A DNA stretch of 64,000 nt from Halobacteriales archaeon (GTDB lineage: Archaea > Halobacteriota > Halobacteria > Halobacteriales > SKSH01), in NCBI GenBank assembly GCA_007118145.1, contig SKSD01000010.1:582-64581 (forward strand), given 5' to 3'. Each line of letters starts with the position of its first letter. The stretch's first letter is position 1. This document shows, piece by piece, positions 19,946 through 28,273 of this stretch. The notes below the pieces were generated by a model. The model was not told the DNA's origin. It saw only the letters and a program-made list of their open reading frames with translations, and did not search any database. The position numbers and the translations under genes are program-made.

Positions 19946-21317
19946 CAGTCTCATCCCAGCCGCAGATATCATTGGGGCTGGTGGCTTTCTGACCGCTGCC
20001 TACCTCGGGTTGCTCAACTACCGAGATACCCACGCAGAAAGGGTCTTCTGGCTCGTCTTCGTCTTTACCTCGCTTCTTGGGGCACTCTGGCTCTCACTGG
20101 TAGCGCTGGAATGGCTGAACGTCACACCAGAACTGCTTGATGCACTGAGTACGTCATTACAGGCCGTGGTCATCGGTTTGTTCGCCGTCGGGACGATCGG
20201 TGCGAGGAGCCTCGTCGAGGATCTCAAGGCATCCAATCGGCGAGCAGCGAAGCAGCGCATGGAGGCGATCGATGCACGTGAGCAGGCTGAACAACGCAAG
20301 CAAGAGCTCGAACGGATGCGAGATCTGATGCGAAACACCGAGCGACTGGCTGATGTTGGTTCGTGGGAACTCGATACCACGAACGATATCATCGAGTGGA
20401 CGAATGGGACACGCGAGATATTCGAGGTGGACGCTGGCTTCTCAGCAGATGCTCATATCGCACTTCGTTTCTATCACGATGATGATCGAAAGAAACTCGA
20501 TCGACTACTCGATGAGTGTCTGGCATCAGGGACCTCATTTCAAGAGACGCTCCGGATACGGACTGCCAAGGGGAGCGAGCGATGGGTCGAGATGTTCGGT
20601 GAACGGACGACCGACACAGACGGTACACATCATATCCGAGGGTGTGTACAGGACATCACCGAGTTACAAGAGCGAGAGGAGCAAATCGCCATCCTCGACC
20701 GTGTTCTCAGACACAACATCAGAAACGATGTGAACAAGATCATCGGCAATGCCCAGCTCATAAAGGAACGGACCGAGGTCGAGCTCACCGAATTCATCGA
20801 GAGTATCGTCGAAAACGCGAACGGACTCGTCGAGATGGCGAACAAACAGCGAACCGTCACCGCATTGCTCAAGCGGGCACGGGGTCGTGAGGAGATCGCC
20901 ATCGAATCGCTGATCAATCCACCGGTGAGGCGACTTCGCGAGCGGTACCCACAGGCAGATATTGTGATCACGCAAGTAGACGAATTGACATTCCTGACGA
21001 TTCCCGAACTTGAGGTGGTCATCGAGGAAATCATGGAGAATGCCATCGTGCACTCAGATAGAGAGACACCATCTGTCGAGATAGCCACCAATACGACCCG
21101 CTCGAGCCTGCAGATCACCATCGCTGATGACGGGCCTGGGATACCTCAGCACGAACGGCGTGTCATCAACGAGGAGGTCGAAGTCGATCCCCTGAAACAC
21201 GGGAGTGGGATGGGTCTGTGGATGGTCAAGCGCATCATCCACCGCACCGGTGGTACCCTCGAGTTCGAACCGAGACACCCTCGAGGGAGTCTCGTACACC
21301 TGCAATTCACGATCTGA
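19935..21317 (+). CDS. Membrane sensor histidine kinase with PAS domain
   Basis: 3 TM, coiled coil, PAS (VGSWE..YHDDDR..GCVQDIT), H-box RVLRHNIRND, ENAIVH, DDGPGIP, HGSGMGLW; start ATG 19935. Confidence 0.9.
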   Translation: MTIDSLIPAADIIGAGGFLTAAYLGLLNYRDTHAERVFWLVFVFTSLLGALWLSLVALEWLNVTPELLDALSTSLQAVVIGLFAVGTIGARSLVEDLKASNRRAAKQRMEAIDAREQAEQRKQELERMRDLMRNTERLADVGSWELDTTNDIIEWTNGTREIFEVDAGFSADAHIALRFYHDDDRKKLDRLLDECLASGTSFQETLRIRTAKGSERWVEMFGERTTDTDGTHHIRGCVQDITELQEREEQIAILDRVLRHNIRNDVNKIIGNAQLIKERTEVELTEFIESIVENANGLVEMANKQRTVTALLKRARGREEIAIESLINPPVRRLRERYPQADIVITQVDELTFLTIPELEVVIEEIMENAIVHSDRETPSVEIATNTTRSSLQITIADDGPGIPQHERRVINEEVEVDPLKHGSGMGLWMVKRIIHRTGGTLEFEPRHPRGSLVHLQFTI

Positions 21318-21379
21318 CCTTGTGTGGGCGCCCAATTGCCAACGGAATCACTTTACCCAGGTACCAAGATGGCTCCTTA

Positions 21380-21414
21380 TTGACATCCTCCCACGGCTGA
21401 AGCCGTGGGTTTCC
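21380..21414 (-). mobile_element. Orphan right end of an IS200/IS605 (IS1341/tnpB-type) element
   Basis: Minus strand GGAAACCCACGGCTTCAGCCGTGGGAGGATGTCAA: subterminal hairpin CCCACGGCT-TC-AGCCGTGGG ending in TCAA, the typical haloarchaeal tnpB-element end; no tnpA/tnpB nearby. Confidence 0.75.
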
Positions 21415-21471
21415 GCTCGTAGTATGTCATGCACATACCGCGATGTCCAACGAGTTCCCGATTGGTCTCAC

Positions 21472-21687
21472 TCACCGCTCGAGTTCGATGGCGTCCTCTA
21501 CTTGATGGACTAGATCGAGTGCGGGTGCACGCAAGGTAGCAGACACCTCGACTGAGGCATCGGGATCGAGGTCCCCAGCATCGACCGCGTCGTGGATGGC
21601 CATCTCAAGCTCGCGCTGTGAGGTCACACCGAACTGTTTCAGGAAGCTCCGAATCTCGAGGTTGACGGTATCCTCATCCATACTCAT
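21472..21687 (-). CDS. Small protein resembling the DUF6494 family
   Basis: MSMDEDTVNLEIRSFLKQFGVTSQRELEMAI...IELER matches the remembered 'N..IR.FLK..GVTSQREIE.A' pattern. Confidence 0.7.
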   Translation of the reverse strand: MSMDEDTVNLEIRSFLKQFGVTSQRELEMAIHDAVDAGDLDPDASVEVSATLRAPALDLVHQVEDAIELER

Positions 21688-21748
21688 GATTCTCATCACA
21701 AATCGATAAATCCCGAGGTCGGTCCAAACTCGAACAGAGCGAGCACGC

Positions 21749-22279
21749 TCAATAGTACTCAAGCACCAGCGCAAGCACCGTATTCGGATGGGTTGGTTCG
21801 TCGAGTGTACTCGCTATACTGTATCGTTCGGTCGCTGTCTCGATACCGCGAAGTGTCGCGGCTGAGATGTAAAACTCCTCACAGACACCAGCATGCTCGC
21901 GAGCCCACGTAGCCGCCTCGAGACTTGGTAGATTGAATGCCGGTGTCTCACTCAGATACAGGGCTGCCATGAACTCATCGTGTAACTCCGAGAACGTCTC
22001 CGCGAGTGATTGAGCCCATTGTTCGGTCGCAAACGCCTCCGACCCGGAGATATCACCGGGTGCATCGGTGACGATCGGTTCGAGCTGCTCGGTGAAATCG
22101 TCAATCGCCTGCTGGGCGGCGTCGTATGCCTGTTCGTATCGGCTCATCCCATCCTCGTCATACGTTGAGAGGTCGTCTCGAGTGGGCTCGTCGTCTGCGT
22201 CATCGTCATCGCCAAGACAGCCTGCGACGGTGACGGGTGGGAGACACGCGACACCGATGAGGAACCGTCTACGATACAT
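21749..22279 (-). CDS. Tat-exported lipoprotein
   Basis: MYRRRFL twin-arginine motif, VAGC lipobox, acidic helical mature region. Confidence 0.8.
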   Translation of the reverse strand: MYRRRFLIGVACLPPVTVAGCLGDDDDADDEPTRDDLSTYDEDGMSRYEQAYDAAQQAIDDFTEQLEPIVTDAPGDISGSEAFATEQWAQSLAETFSELHDEFMAALYLSETPAFNLPSLEAATWAREHAGVCEEFYISAATLRGIETATERYSIASTLDEPTHPNTVLALVLEYY

Positions 22280-22469
22280 GCCTCAGGAACACCGAGTGGC
22301 CACTGATAAGGGTTTCAGCCTGAGAATCACAGATGAAAATTGTGCATCACATCAGCCAGCCAAGGGTACCTGTTCACCTGCGAATCATCCTCTAGCTGAA
22401 ACAATCCAATCAAATAGCACGACATCCTATACGAACCAGATCAACACACCCCGAGGGGTCGAACCCAAC

Positions 22470-24638
22470 ATGACTCATGAGCGCCGACACATCGCATCAA
22501 GCCGATCGAGTGCCGACGTACGCGCTCAGCCCCGTATGCGTGAGGCCTGCGTCGTGCTCGTCACTTGTTGTGTGATTTTCTTCCTGAGCGTCACCCTCGT
22601 GGGCCTACCATCGATCGTCACCGCTGAGAACCCTGAGGCGAACGGGGCCGACCGCATCCTATCGAATGATGTGGTCGCTCCTGGTGGTGAGATCACGGTT
22701 GAGACGACCGTCGCGTTCGAAGATCCTACCTCAGGGGTTCTGACCGAATCGGTCGATCCAGCGGTTGATGGTATCGTGATCGACGATGATGATGGTGCAG
22801 ATGAGGTGACTGTCGATGATGACCACGTATCGTTCACCTTCACCGATCGTACATCTGTCACCGTCACCTATACCCTCGAGTTCGACCAATCGGTCGATGA
22901 TGGTGATACCTTCGAGATCGAAGGTGTGTGGGACAACGGTGACACTGTCGAACTCCCAGAGTCAACCGTGACCGTCTCCGACGGTCCAATATTCGAGGTC
23001 GAACAACTAGAGATCCCTGAACGCGTCCCACCTGGGCAGGGGTTCGATGTTGCGTTGGTCATCAACAACACCGGATCGGAGACCGATACGCAGACGGTCG
23101 AACTATCCCTCGACAGTTCCACACTTCGTGAGAGCGACCCCATCACACTCGGTCCCGGGGAACAGCAATCGCTCGTCTTCGAGGATGTGACGATCGACGA
23201 TCCGGGGGTGTACGCACTTGCGATCGAGACCGAACAGCACCTACGGTCGCACAATATCACCGTTGAGTCATTCGCACGCTTCGACGTGGAGATGATCGAT
23301 GCTCCACAGACGGTCGCCGATGTCGACGAGTTCGTCGTCACGGCGGTGGTGTCGAACACGGGCGACCTCTCGGCCACCCAAGACATTCGATTGCAGGTCA
23401 ACGATGATACCATCACCGTTCGAGAGGACGTGACGATCGAACCGGGGCAATCACAGCTCATCTCGTTCGACCCGATCCGGATCGACGAGACTGGTATCCA
23501 CACACTCAGGGTTATGACAGACGATAGCGACCTGACACGGACTATCTCCGTAGTTGAGGCCGAGGTATCTGCACGATTTGAAGATCAGCTCATCGGCACC
23601 GATACCGGTGGGAACACCGCCGTCTATATCGAGGAGGTCACTGCAGACCAAGGCTGGTCGATCGTCCTCACCTACGAGAACGAGACCGGTGTATCGATCG
23701 TTGCCGGGATGTATACCTTCGATGAACCGGTCGAAGACGGTTTTGTGTCCGTCCCGATCGAAGACAGTCACGCCTATCCAGGTACCATGGAGGCTCACGT
23801 CGCCATCGATACTGATGACGTGACGATCGGAGAGCCACTACCGGAGACGGTCGAACGCTTACTCACAGATAGTGCCTCCGTCTTTGAGATATCGATCGAC
23901 CTCTATGACCAGTCGTTCGATGATGCGACCTCGACGATCACCGTCTCAGCCGCAGCGTTGTTTGATGCACCAGATTCTGGGGCTACACCGTACATCATCG
24001 CCCTGTATCGAGACGCTGGTGATGGTCTCGAAATCGTCGGTCAGAGCAACCCGATCTGGGGTGCTGAGCAGGATATCGAGATCGCGTTAGACCGATCTCT
24101 CGATATCGAGGGAGACCACGAGATGATCGCCCGAGTGCACTACGCTGTGGTTGGCCAACGTGGTGAGCCAATCCATATGCTCGATGGTTCATCACCATCG
24201 ACGGTCGATGAACCGGTGACCGTCCGAATCGTCAACACGCCGTCGTTTACGATACAAGGGGTAAATCGAGATGCATCTGTGACGGCGGGTGAGACGCTCA
24301 ACATAGAGATCACGGTGATGAACGAGGGCGTCGCAGCTGGCTCGAAATCGCTGTGGGTGTCAGCAGGAGCTTGGGTCGAACTGGTCGATATCACGCTCGA
24401 TCCAGGTGAGACGAAGACGGTCTCCGTCTCCTGGCCGACGACATCTGACGATATCGGTGAGGTGACACTGCTGGTTGACTCCGGTGATGACCAGGAGTTA
24501 TCCACCCTCTCTATCGAGACACCAAGTGAGACAGAGACACCAAGTGACGGTGATCCCATACCTGGCTTCGGCCTGGCCATCGGTGTGTTATCACTCGTGA
24601 TTCTCTCGTATGCCCTCAGCCGCCGATATCGACCATAG
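22470..24638 (+). CDS. PGF-CTERM cell-surface glycoprotein with CARDB-like repeats
   Basis: Signal peptide; three 'NTG/NEG...TL.PGE' CARDB-like units; NxT/S sequons; C-terminal PIPGF + TM + RRYRP; start 22470 or 22537 rather than 22068. Confidence 0.85.
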   Translation: MTHERRHIASSRSSADVRAQPRMREACVVLVTCCVIFFLSVTLVGLPSIVTAENPEANGADRILSNDVVAPGGEITVETTVAFEDPTSGVLTESVDPAVDGIVIDDDDGADEVTVDDDHVSFTFTDRTSVTVTYTLEFDQSVDDGDTFEIEGVWDNGDTVELPESTVTVSDGPIFEVEQLEIPERVPPGQGFDVALVINNTGSETDTQTVELSLDSSTLRESDPITLGPGEQQSLVFEDVTIDDPGVYALAIETEQHLRSHNITVESFARFDVEMIDAPQTVADVDEFVVTAVVSNTGDLSATQDIRLQVNDDTITVREDVTIEPGQSQLISFDPIRIDETGIHTLRVMTDDSDLTRTISVVEAEVSARFEDQLIGTDTGGNTAVYIEEVTADQGWSIVLTYENETGVSIVAGMYTFDEPVEDGFVSVPIEDSHAYPGTMEAHVAIDTDDVTIGEPLPETVERLLTDSASVFEISIDLYDQSFDDATSTITVSAAALFDAPDSGATPYIIALYRDAGDGLEIVGQSNPIWGAEQDIEIALDRSLDIEGDHEMIARVHYAVVGQRGEPIHMLDGSSPSTVDEPVTVRIVNTPSFTIQGVNRDASVTAGETLNIEITVMNEGVAAGSKSLWVSAGAWVELVDITLDPGETKTVSVSWPTTSDDIGEVTLLVDSGDDQELSTLSIETPSETETPSDGDPIPGFGLAIGVLSLVILSYALSRRYRP

Positions 24639-24787
24639 AGGCGCCTCGGTATCGATATTCTGGGATTGCTCCACTGTCACGAACAGTTATCAGGAGTAAG
24701 GATGTATATCAATCGATGAACACATGATGGAACCGATCTGTTCGTCGGGTGGAATACACATTTGTTCCCTCAAGTGGGTGATTCACC

Positions 24788-24970
24788 GTGGCCATTAGTT
24801 TCTGGTTCTTGACATCAGCTGCGTTCTTCATCGCCGGGATGGTCTTGGTTCTCTCGTCGATCATCGCTGCACAGAGTGTATTTGTTGGCTACTTCGGCAT
24901 CGGGTTGCTCATGATCGGGTACGTGATGGTCTTATTCGGCAACTATTTTCGTTATATCGACTGGACGTGA
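24788..24970 (+). CDS. Small 2-TM membrane protein
   Basis: 60 aa, two hydrophobic helices, GTG start. Confidence 0.55.
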   Translation: MAISFWFLTSAAFFIAGMVLVLSSIIAAQSVFVGYFGIGLLMIGYVMVLFGNYFRYIDWT

Positions 24971-25049
24971 CCGGCAATATGATTCATCCATAGCAATTGT
25001 ACACACCAATCTTCAGTACGTGGTCAACTGCGACTTGCGGTATATCGTT

Positions 25050-25955
25050 TCAGCTACGCCGACCCAGGACTGGTAAGGTGATACTGATCACGGTCCCCCG
25101 AGGAGAGTTATCGGTAATGAGGAAGTGGCCACCATTGTGTGAGACGATCGTTCGACTGATCCACAATCCGAGACCTTGTGAATGGAACATAGGCGTCTCA
25201 TACCCTGCCTGGAGCACACTGCGTTCAATATCGGGCATCCCCGGGCCGTTATCGGCGATGATGATCTCGATATTGCCTAACTCAGCAGGTTTGATACTGA
25301 TCGATACAGAGGGCTCGAGCCGGTCGTTATGCTCGATAGCATTGACAAGGAGCTCTCGAATCGCCCGTTCTAATCGTCGGTCGAAATCTACCCAGATCGC
25401 ATCAGGGAGATTCAATGTGATCTCCGCCCAGGGATAGGATTCACGCACATGCGCAGCCTCTGCCTCGAGCAAGGCAACGAGATCGAATCGCTCTGATCGG
25501 TCGAAATCATCCATCACCACACTCCTGAGATATCGGGTTTTGTCCGAGAGATCGATCAGGTGGTCTGCCTGCTCATCGATGCTGTGGAGGTGTTGTTCCC
25601 CGGCTTCGGTACCGTCCTCCATGAGGATCTCAACGTTGCCCTTGATGACGTTACAGATATTGCGAAGGTTGTGGCGAAGGATGCGATGCAAAATACTAGT
25701 TTGTTGGATCGAGCGATCGAGACGGCGAGCCGTCTCCTCGTGTGAGCGGTAGCCATACCATACGAGCGTGTAGATGAGAGAGGTAGAGAGAACCACAAAG
25801 ACACCACCCTTGAGGATTTGTAATTGTGTTAGTACAATTTCTTCACCGATGGTGACATGAAGCAGGTAATCAGTGATCGCAATCCACAACAGTCCGAAAA
25901 TGAGATAGACACCTGCGATGACTGCTGGTGATTCAAGATAAGTTCGCTTACTCAT
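25050..25955 (-). CDS. Membrane-bound histidine kinase (2 TM)
   Basis: YLIFGLLWI..D..LQILKG TM pair; H-box RILRHNLRN; ELLVNAIEH; DNGPG; HSQGLGLW. Confidence 0.9.
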   Translation of the reverse strand: MSKRTYLESPAVIAGVYLIFGLLWIAITDYLLHVTIGEEIVLTQLQILKGGVFVVLSTSLIYTLVWYGYRSHEETARRLDRSIQQTSILHRILRHNLRNICNVIKGNVEILMEDGTEAGEQHLHSIDEQADHLIDLSDKTRYLRSVVMDDFDRSERFDLVALLEAEAAHVRESYPWAEITLNLPDAIWVDFDRRLERAIRELLVNAIEHNDRLEPSVSISIKPAELGNIEIIIADNGPGMPDIERSVLQAGYETPMFHSQGLGLWISRTIVSHNGGHFLITDNSPRGTVISITLPVLGRRS

Positions 25956-26246
25956 CGCTATCGCCCCTCAGCTGATGGCTGATCTCGCGAATCAACCGTA
26001 CTGGCATCGACACATCGATAGTACGCGACGCAACCATACTCGACGATATGCAATCGTTGTAAACACAACCAATAAGCCATGTGGTTTTAATTGTCAATAT
26101 TTGATAATGGTTAACTTCACAGCATCGTGTAAAGAATCTGTAATAGTGGTGGTGTCATGCTACGATTATCTAGGCATACAAGCAGGAACGTAACATATAT
26201 AGGCAAACCTAGATGAAAGGAAATTAACGCTTAATATCCCAAAAAC

Positions 26247-26942
26247 ATGAAACGAACGAACCGAAAACTCGCGTTGATCGGCATGATCGCCGTGCTCGTA
26301 CTGACCGCAGGATGTATGGATGTTACCATGGAGGTGACTGTCGATGAGGAGGGAGCTCTCGACCTCGAGGCAGAGATGATTCTCGACTCGTTCCTCGCGT
26401 CGATGATGGAGGAGGAGGCTGAGGGTGAAGGTATCGATGCGATCGCCGAAGATTTCGCACAGGATCTTGAGGACGATGGATGGAACGTGGTCGATTACGA
26501 TGCAGAGGAGCTCGACGATGGTGATGTCCGCATCTGGGTACTGGCGGAGGACACCGATGCTGATGACATCGAGACGATCTCAGTCTCCGTCGAGGACGAC
26601 CAGGTGACGTACCTCGAGACCGATGGATTCGAGAATGGATTCGGTGACGATTTCGGTGACGACGAATTCATCGACGACGATGAACTCGATGAGTTCTTTG
26701 ACTCGATACAGTTCGTCTATATCCTCAATATGCCCGGTGAGATAACCGATACGAACGGTGAACAGATCGATGACTCAACCGTGCAGTGGTCGATGCAAGA
26801 CCACATGGGGGTCGGCGAGTTCGAGGCAACGAGCGACATCGATGATGATGCCGCATCACCGATCCCTGGCTTCTCGCTGGCGATTGGGATCCTCGCCCTG
26901 CTCTCGGTGACCTTCGCCTATCTACGCCTCAGAGATCACTGA
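26247..26942 (+). CDS. Lipoprotein (LppM-like) with a C-terminal PGF-CTERM
   Basis: Sec-type signal ending LTAGC; 'LNMPGEITDTNG...TVQW' motif; C-terminal PIPGF + TM + basic tail. Confidence 0.8.
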   Translation: MKRTNRKLALIGMIAVLVLTAGCMDVTMEVTVDEEGALDLEAEMILDSFLASMMEEEAEGEGIDAIAEDFAQDLEDDGWNVVDYDAEELDDGDVRIWVLAEDTDADDIETISVSVEDDQVTYLETDGFENGFGDDFGDDEFIDDDELDEFFDSIQFVYILNMPGEITDTNGEQIDDSTVQWSMQDHMGVGEFEATSDIDDDAASPIPGFSLAIGILALLSVTFAYLRLRDH

Positions 26943-27067
26943 ATCAACTGCTAACTGATGTATTCTCACCATTGGCAACAGCATACGGCGATTAGTATAC
27001 CTCAATTATCATACAGTAATAGCCGACAACAAAGATATTAATACTCGATCAGGTTCCTGTCGGTACG

Positions 27068-28192
27068 ATGCGTGGTACGCTGTTGGGTCGGATTGATGGT
27101 GCAGAAATGGTTGCGTTACTGGGTCTTGTGTTCGTCACCTCGGGAGTGATCCTCTGGTGGCAGGAGATTGTATCGACGACCGATGCCATCTACGATGCAC
27201 TGTATCAACTCACCGTTCACGTCCTCTTCGGCGGGGTCATCCTGGCAGTCGGTATCCATCTCGAGCGTAGTGAGTTGCCTACGAGTGCCCGTCGCGAGGT
27301 CATGGTCTGGTGTTTCGCGGGCTTTCTCTTCCTTATCGGCCTCGTGATCTGGGGTTGGATCGAGCTGCTCGCACAACTCGAACTTACCCTCGGCTTTGCC
27401 AGTGATGTGATCACCTTCGGAAGTCTCGGAGGTGCGTTCGGTGCGATTGCCGGTGTCAACGCAGGAAGGGCGAGTCGGAACGCTCGACTCGCAGCTGAGA
27501 ACGAAAAACAACGAGAGACGCTTGTCTTGTTGACGCGCTTGCTCAGGCATGATATCCGCAATGATATCGCTATCATCAATGGGCATGCAGAGATCCTCGA
27601 AGAACACATCGAGGAAGACGGCCTGAACTCGTTGCATGTGATCCAGGAACGCAGTCACACCATCGGAAGACTCCTGAACGATACCGAGACACTCGTCAAG
27701 ACCCTCGGAAACGAACGCGAGTACAAAGAGCTCGATATTTCGGATGTTATCCTCCAGGAGGTGGCCAAGATCCGATCGAATCACCCAACGGTCGAGGTGC
27801 AGACGAGGGTACCGCATGAGCTGATCACCGTCGCTGATGGGTTGATCCATCAGCTATTCTCAAACCTCCTTCAAAATGCCGTCTTTCACAATGACGAGTC
27901 GAACCTCCGTATCAGTGTGACTGCAGAACAAGCTGACAATGGTGACATCAGTATCCTTGTGAGTGACAACGGTCGGGGCATCCCAGAGGAGGTACGAGAC
28001 ACTTGCTTCGAACTCGGTGAGCGAAGTATAGACAGCGACGGTGATGGGATCGGGCTGTATCTCGTCTCACGACTCGCAGGGGTCTACGGTGGCTCGGTCG
28101 AGGTCGGTGAATCACGCGAAGGTGGCGCAGAGTTCGATATCAGGCTGCCTGCTGTGAGTAAGCACACGGAAGATATCTCGACCGCTGCATAA
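27068..28192 (+). CDS. Membrane-bound histidine kinase (4 TM)
   Basis: H-box RLLRHDIRND; NLLQNAVFH; DNGRGIP; GDGIGLYL. Confidence 0.9.
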   Translation: MRGTLLGRIDGAEMVALLGLVFVTSGVILWWQEIVSTTDAIYDALYQLTVHVLFGGVILAVGIHLERSELPTSARREVMVWCFAGFLFLIGLVIWGWIELLAQLELTLGFASDVITFGSLGGAFGAIAGVNAGRASRNARLAAENEKQRETLVLLTRLLRHDIRNDIAIINGHAEILEEHIEEDGLNSLHVIQERSHTIGRLLNDTETLVKTLGNEREYKELDISDVILQEVAKIRSNHPTVEVQTRVPHELITVADGLIHQLFSNLLQNAVFHNDESNLRISVTAEQADNGDISILVSDNGRGIPEEVRDTCFELGERSIDSDGDGIGLYLVSRLAGVYGGSVEVGESREGGAEFDIRLPAVSKHTEDISTAA

Positions 28193-28273
28193 GACGGATA
28201 CATACTTCTGATGGGGCCAAGGTGTCCGGGATACGCCGATCCTCACTAGACCGGATACAACGATATGCGGTCG

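Noticed and set aside
22068-22469. Long N-terminal extensions in the ORF track (22068; also 8162, 32045, 37994, 42423, 59676, 61133)
   Set aside because: They overlap neighbouring genes or promoters and precede the signal peptide or conserved N-terminus; downstream ATGs were chosen
24516-24547. Direct repeat GAGACACCAAGTGA x2
   Set aside because: Encodes the ETPSETETPS linker before PGF-CTERM; not CRISPR or regulatory
26630-26700. Low-complexity TTCGGTGACGA/GACGAC repeats
   Set aside because: Coding for the acidic FGDDFGDDEFIDDD segment of the lipoprotein
28190-28270. Three GGATAC words between convergent kinase genes
   Set aside because: Too short and irregular to support an array or operator
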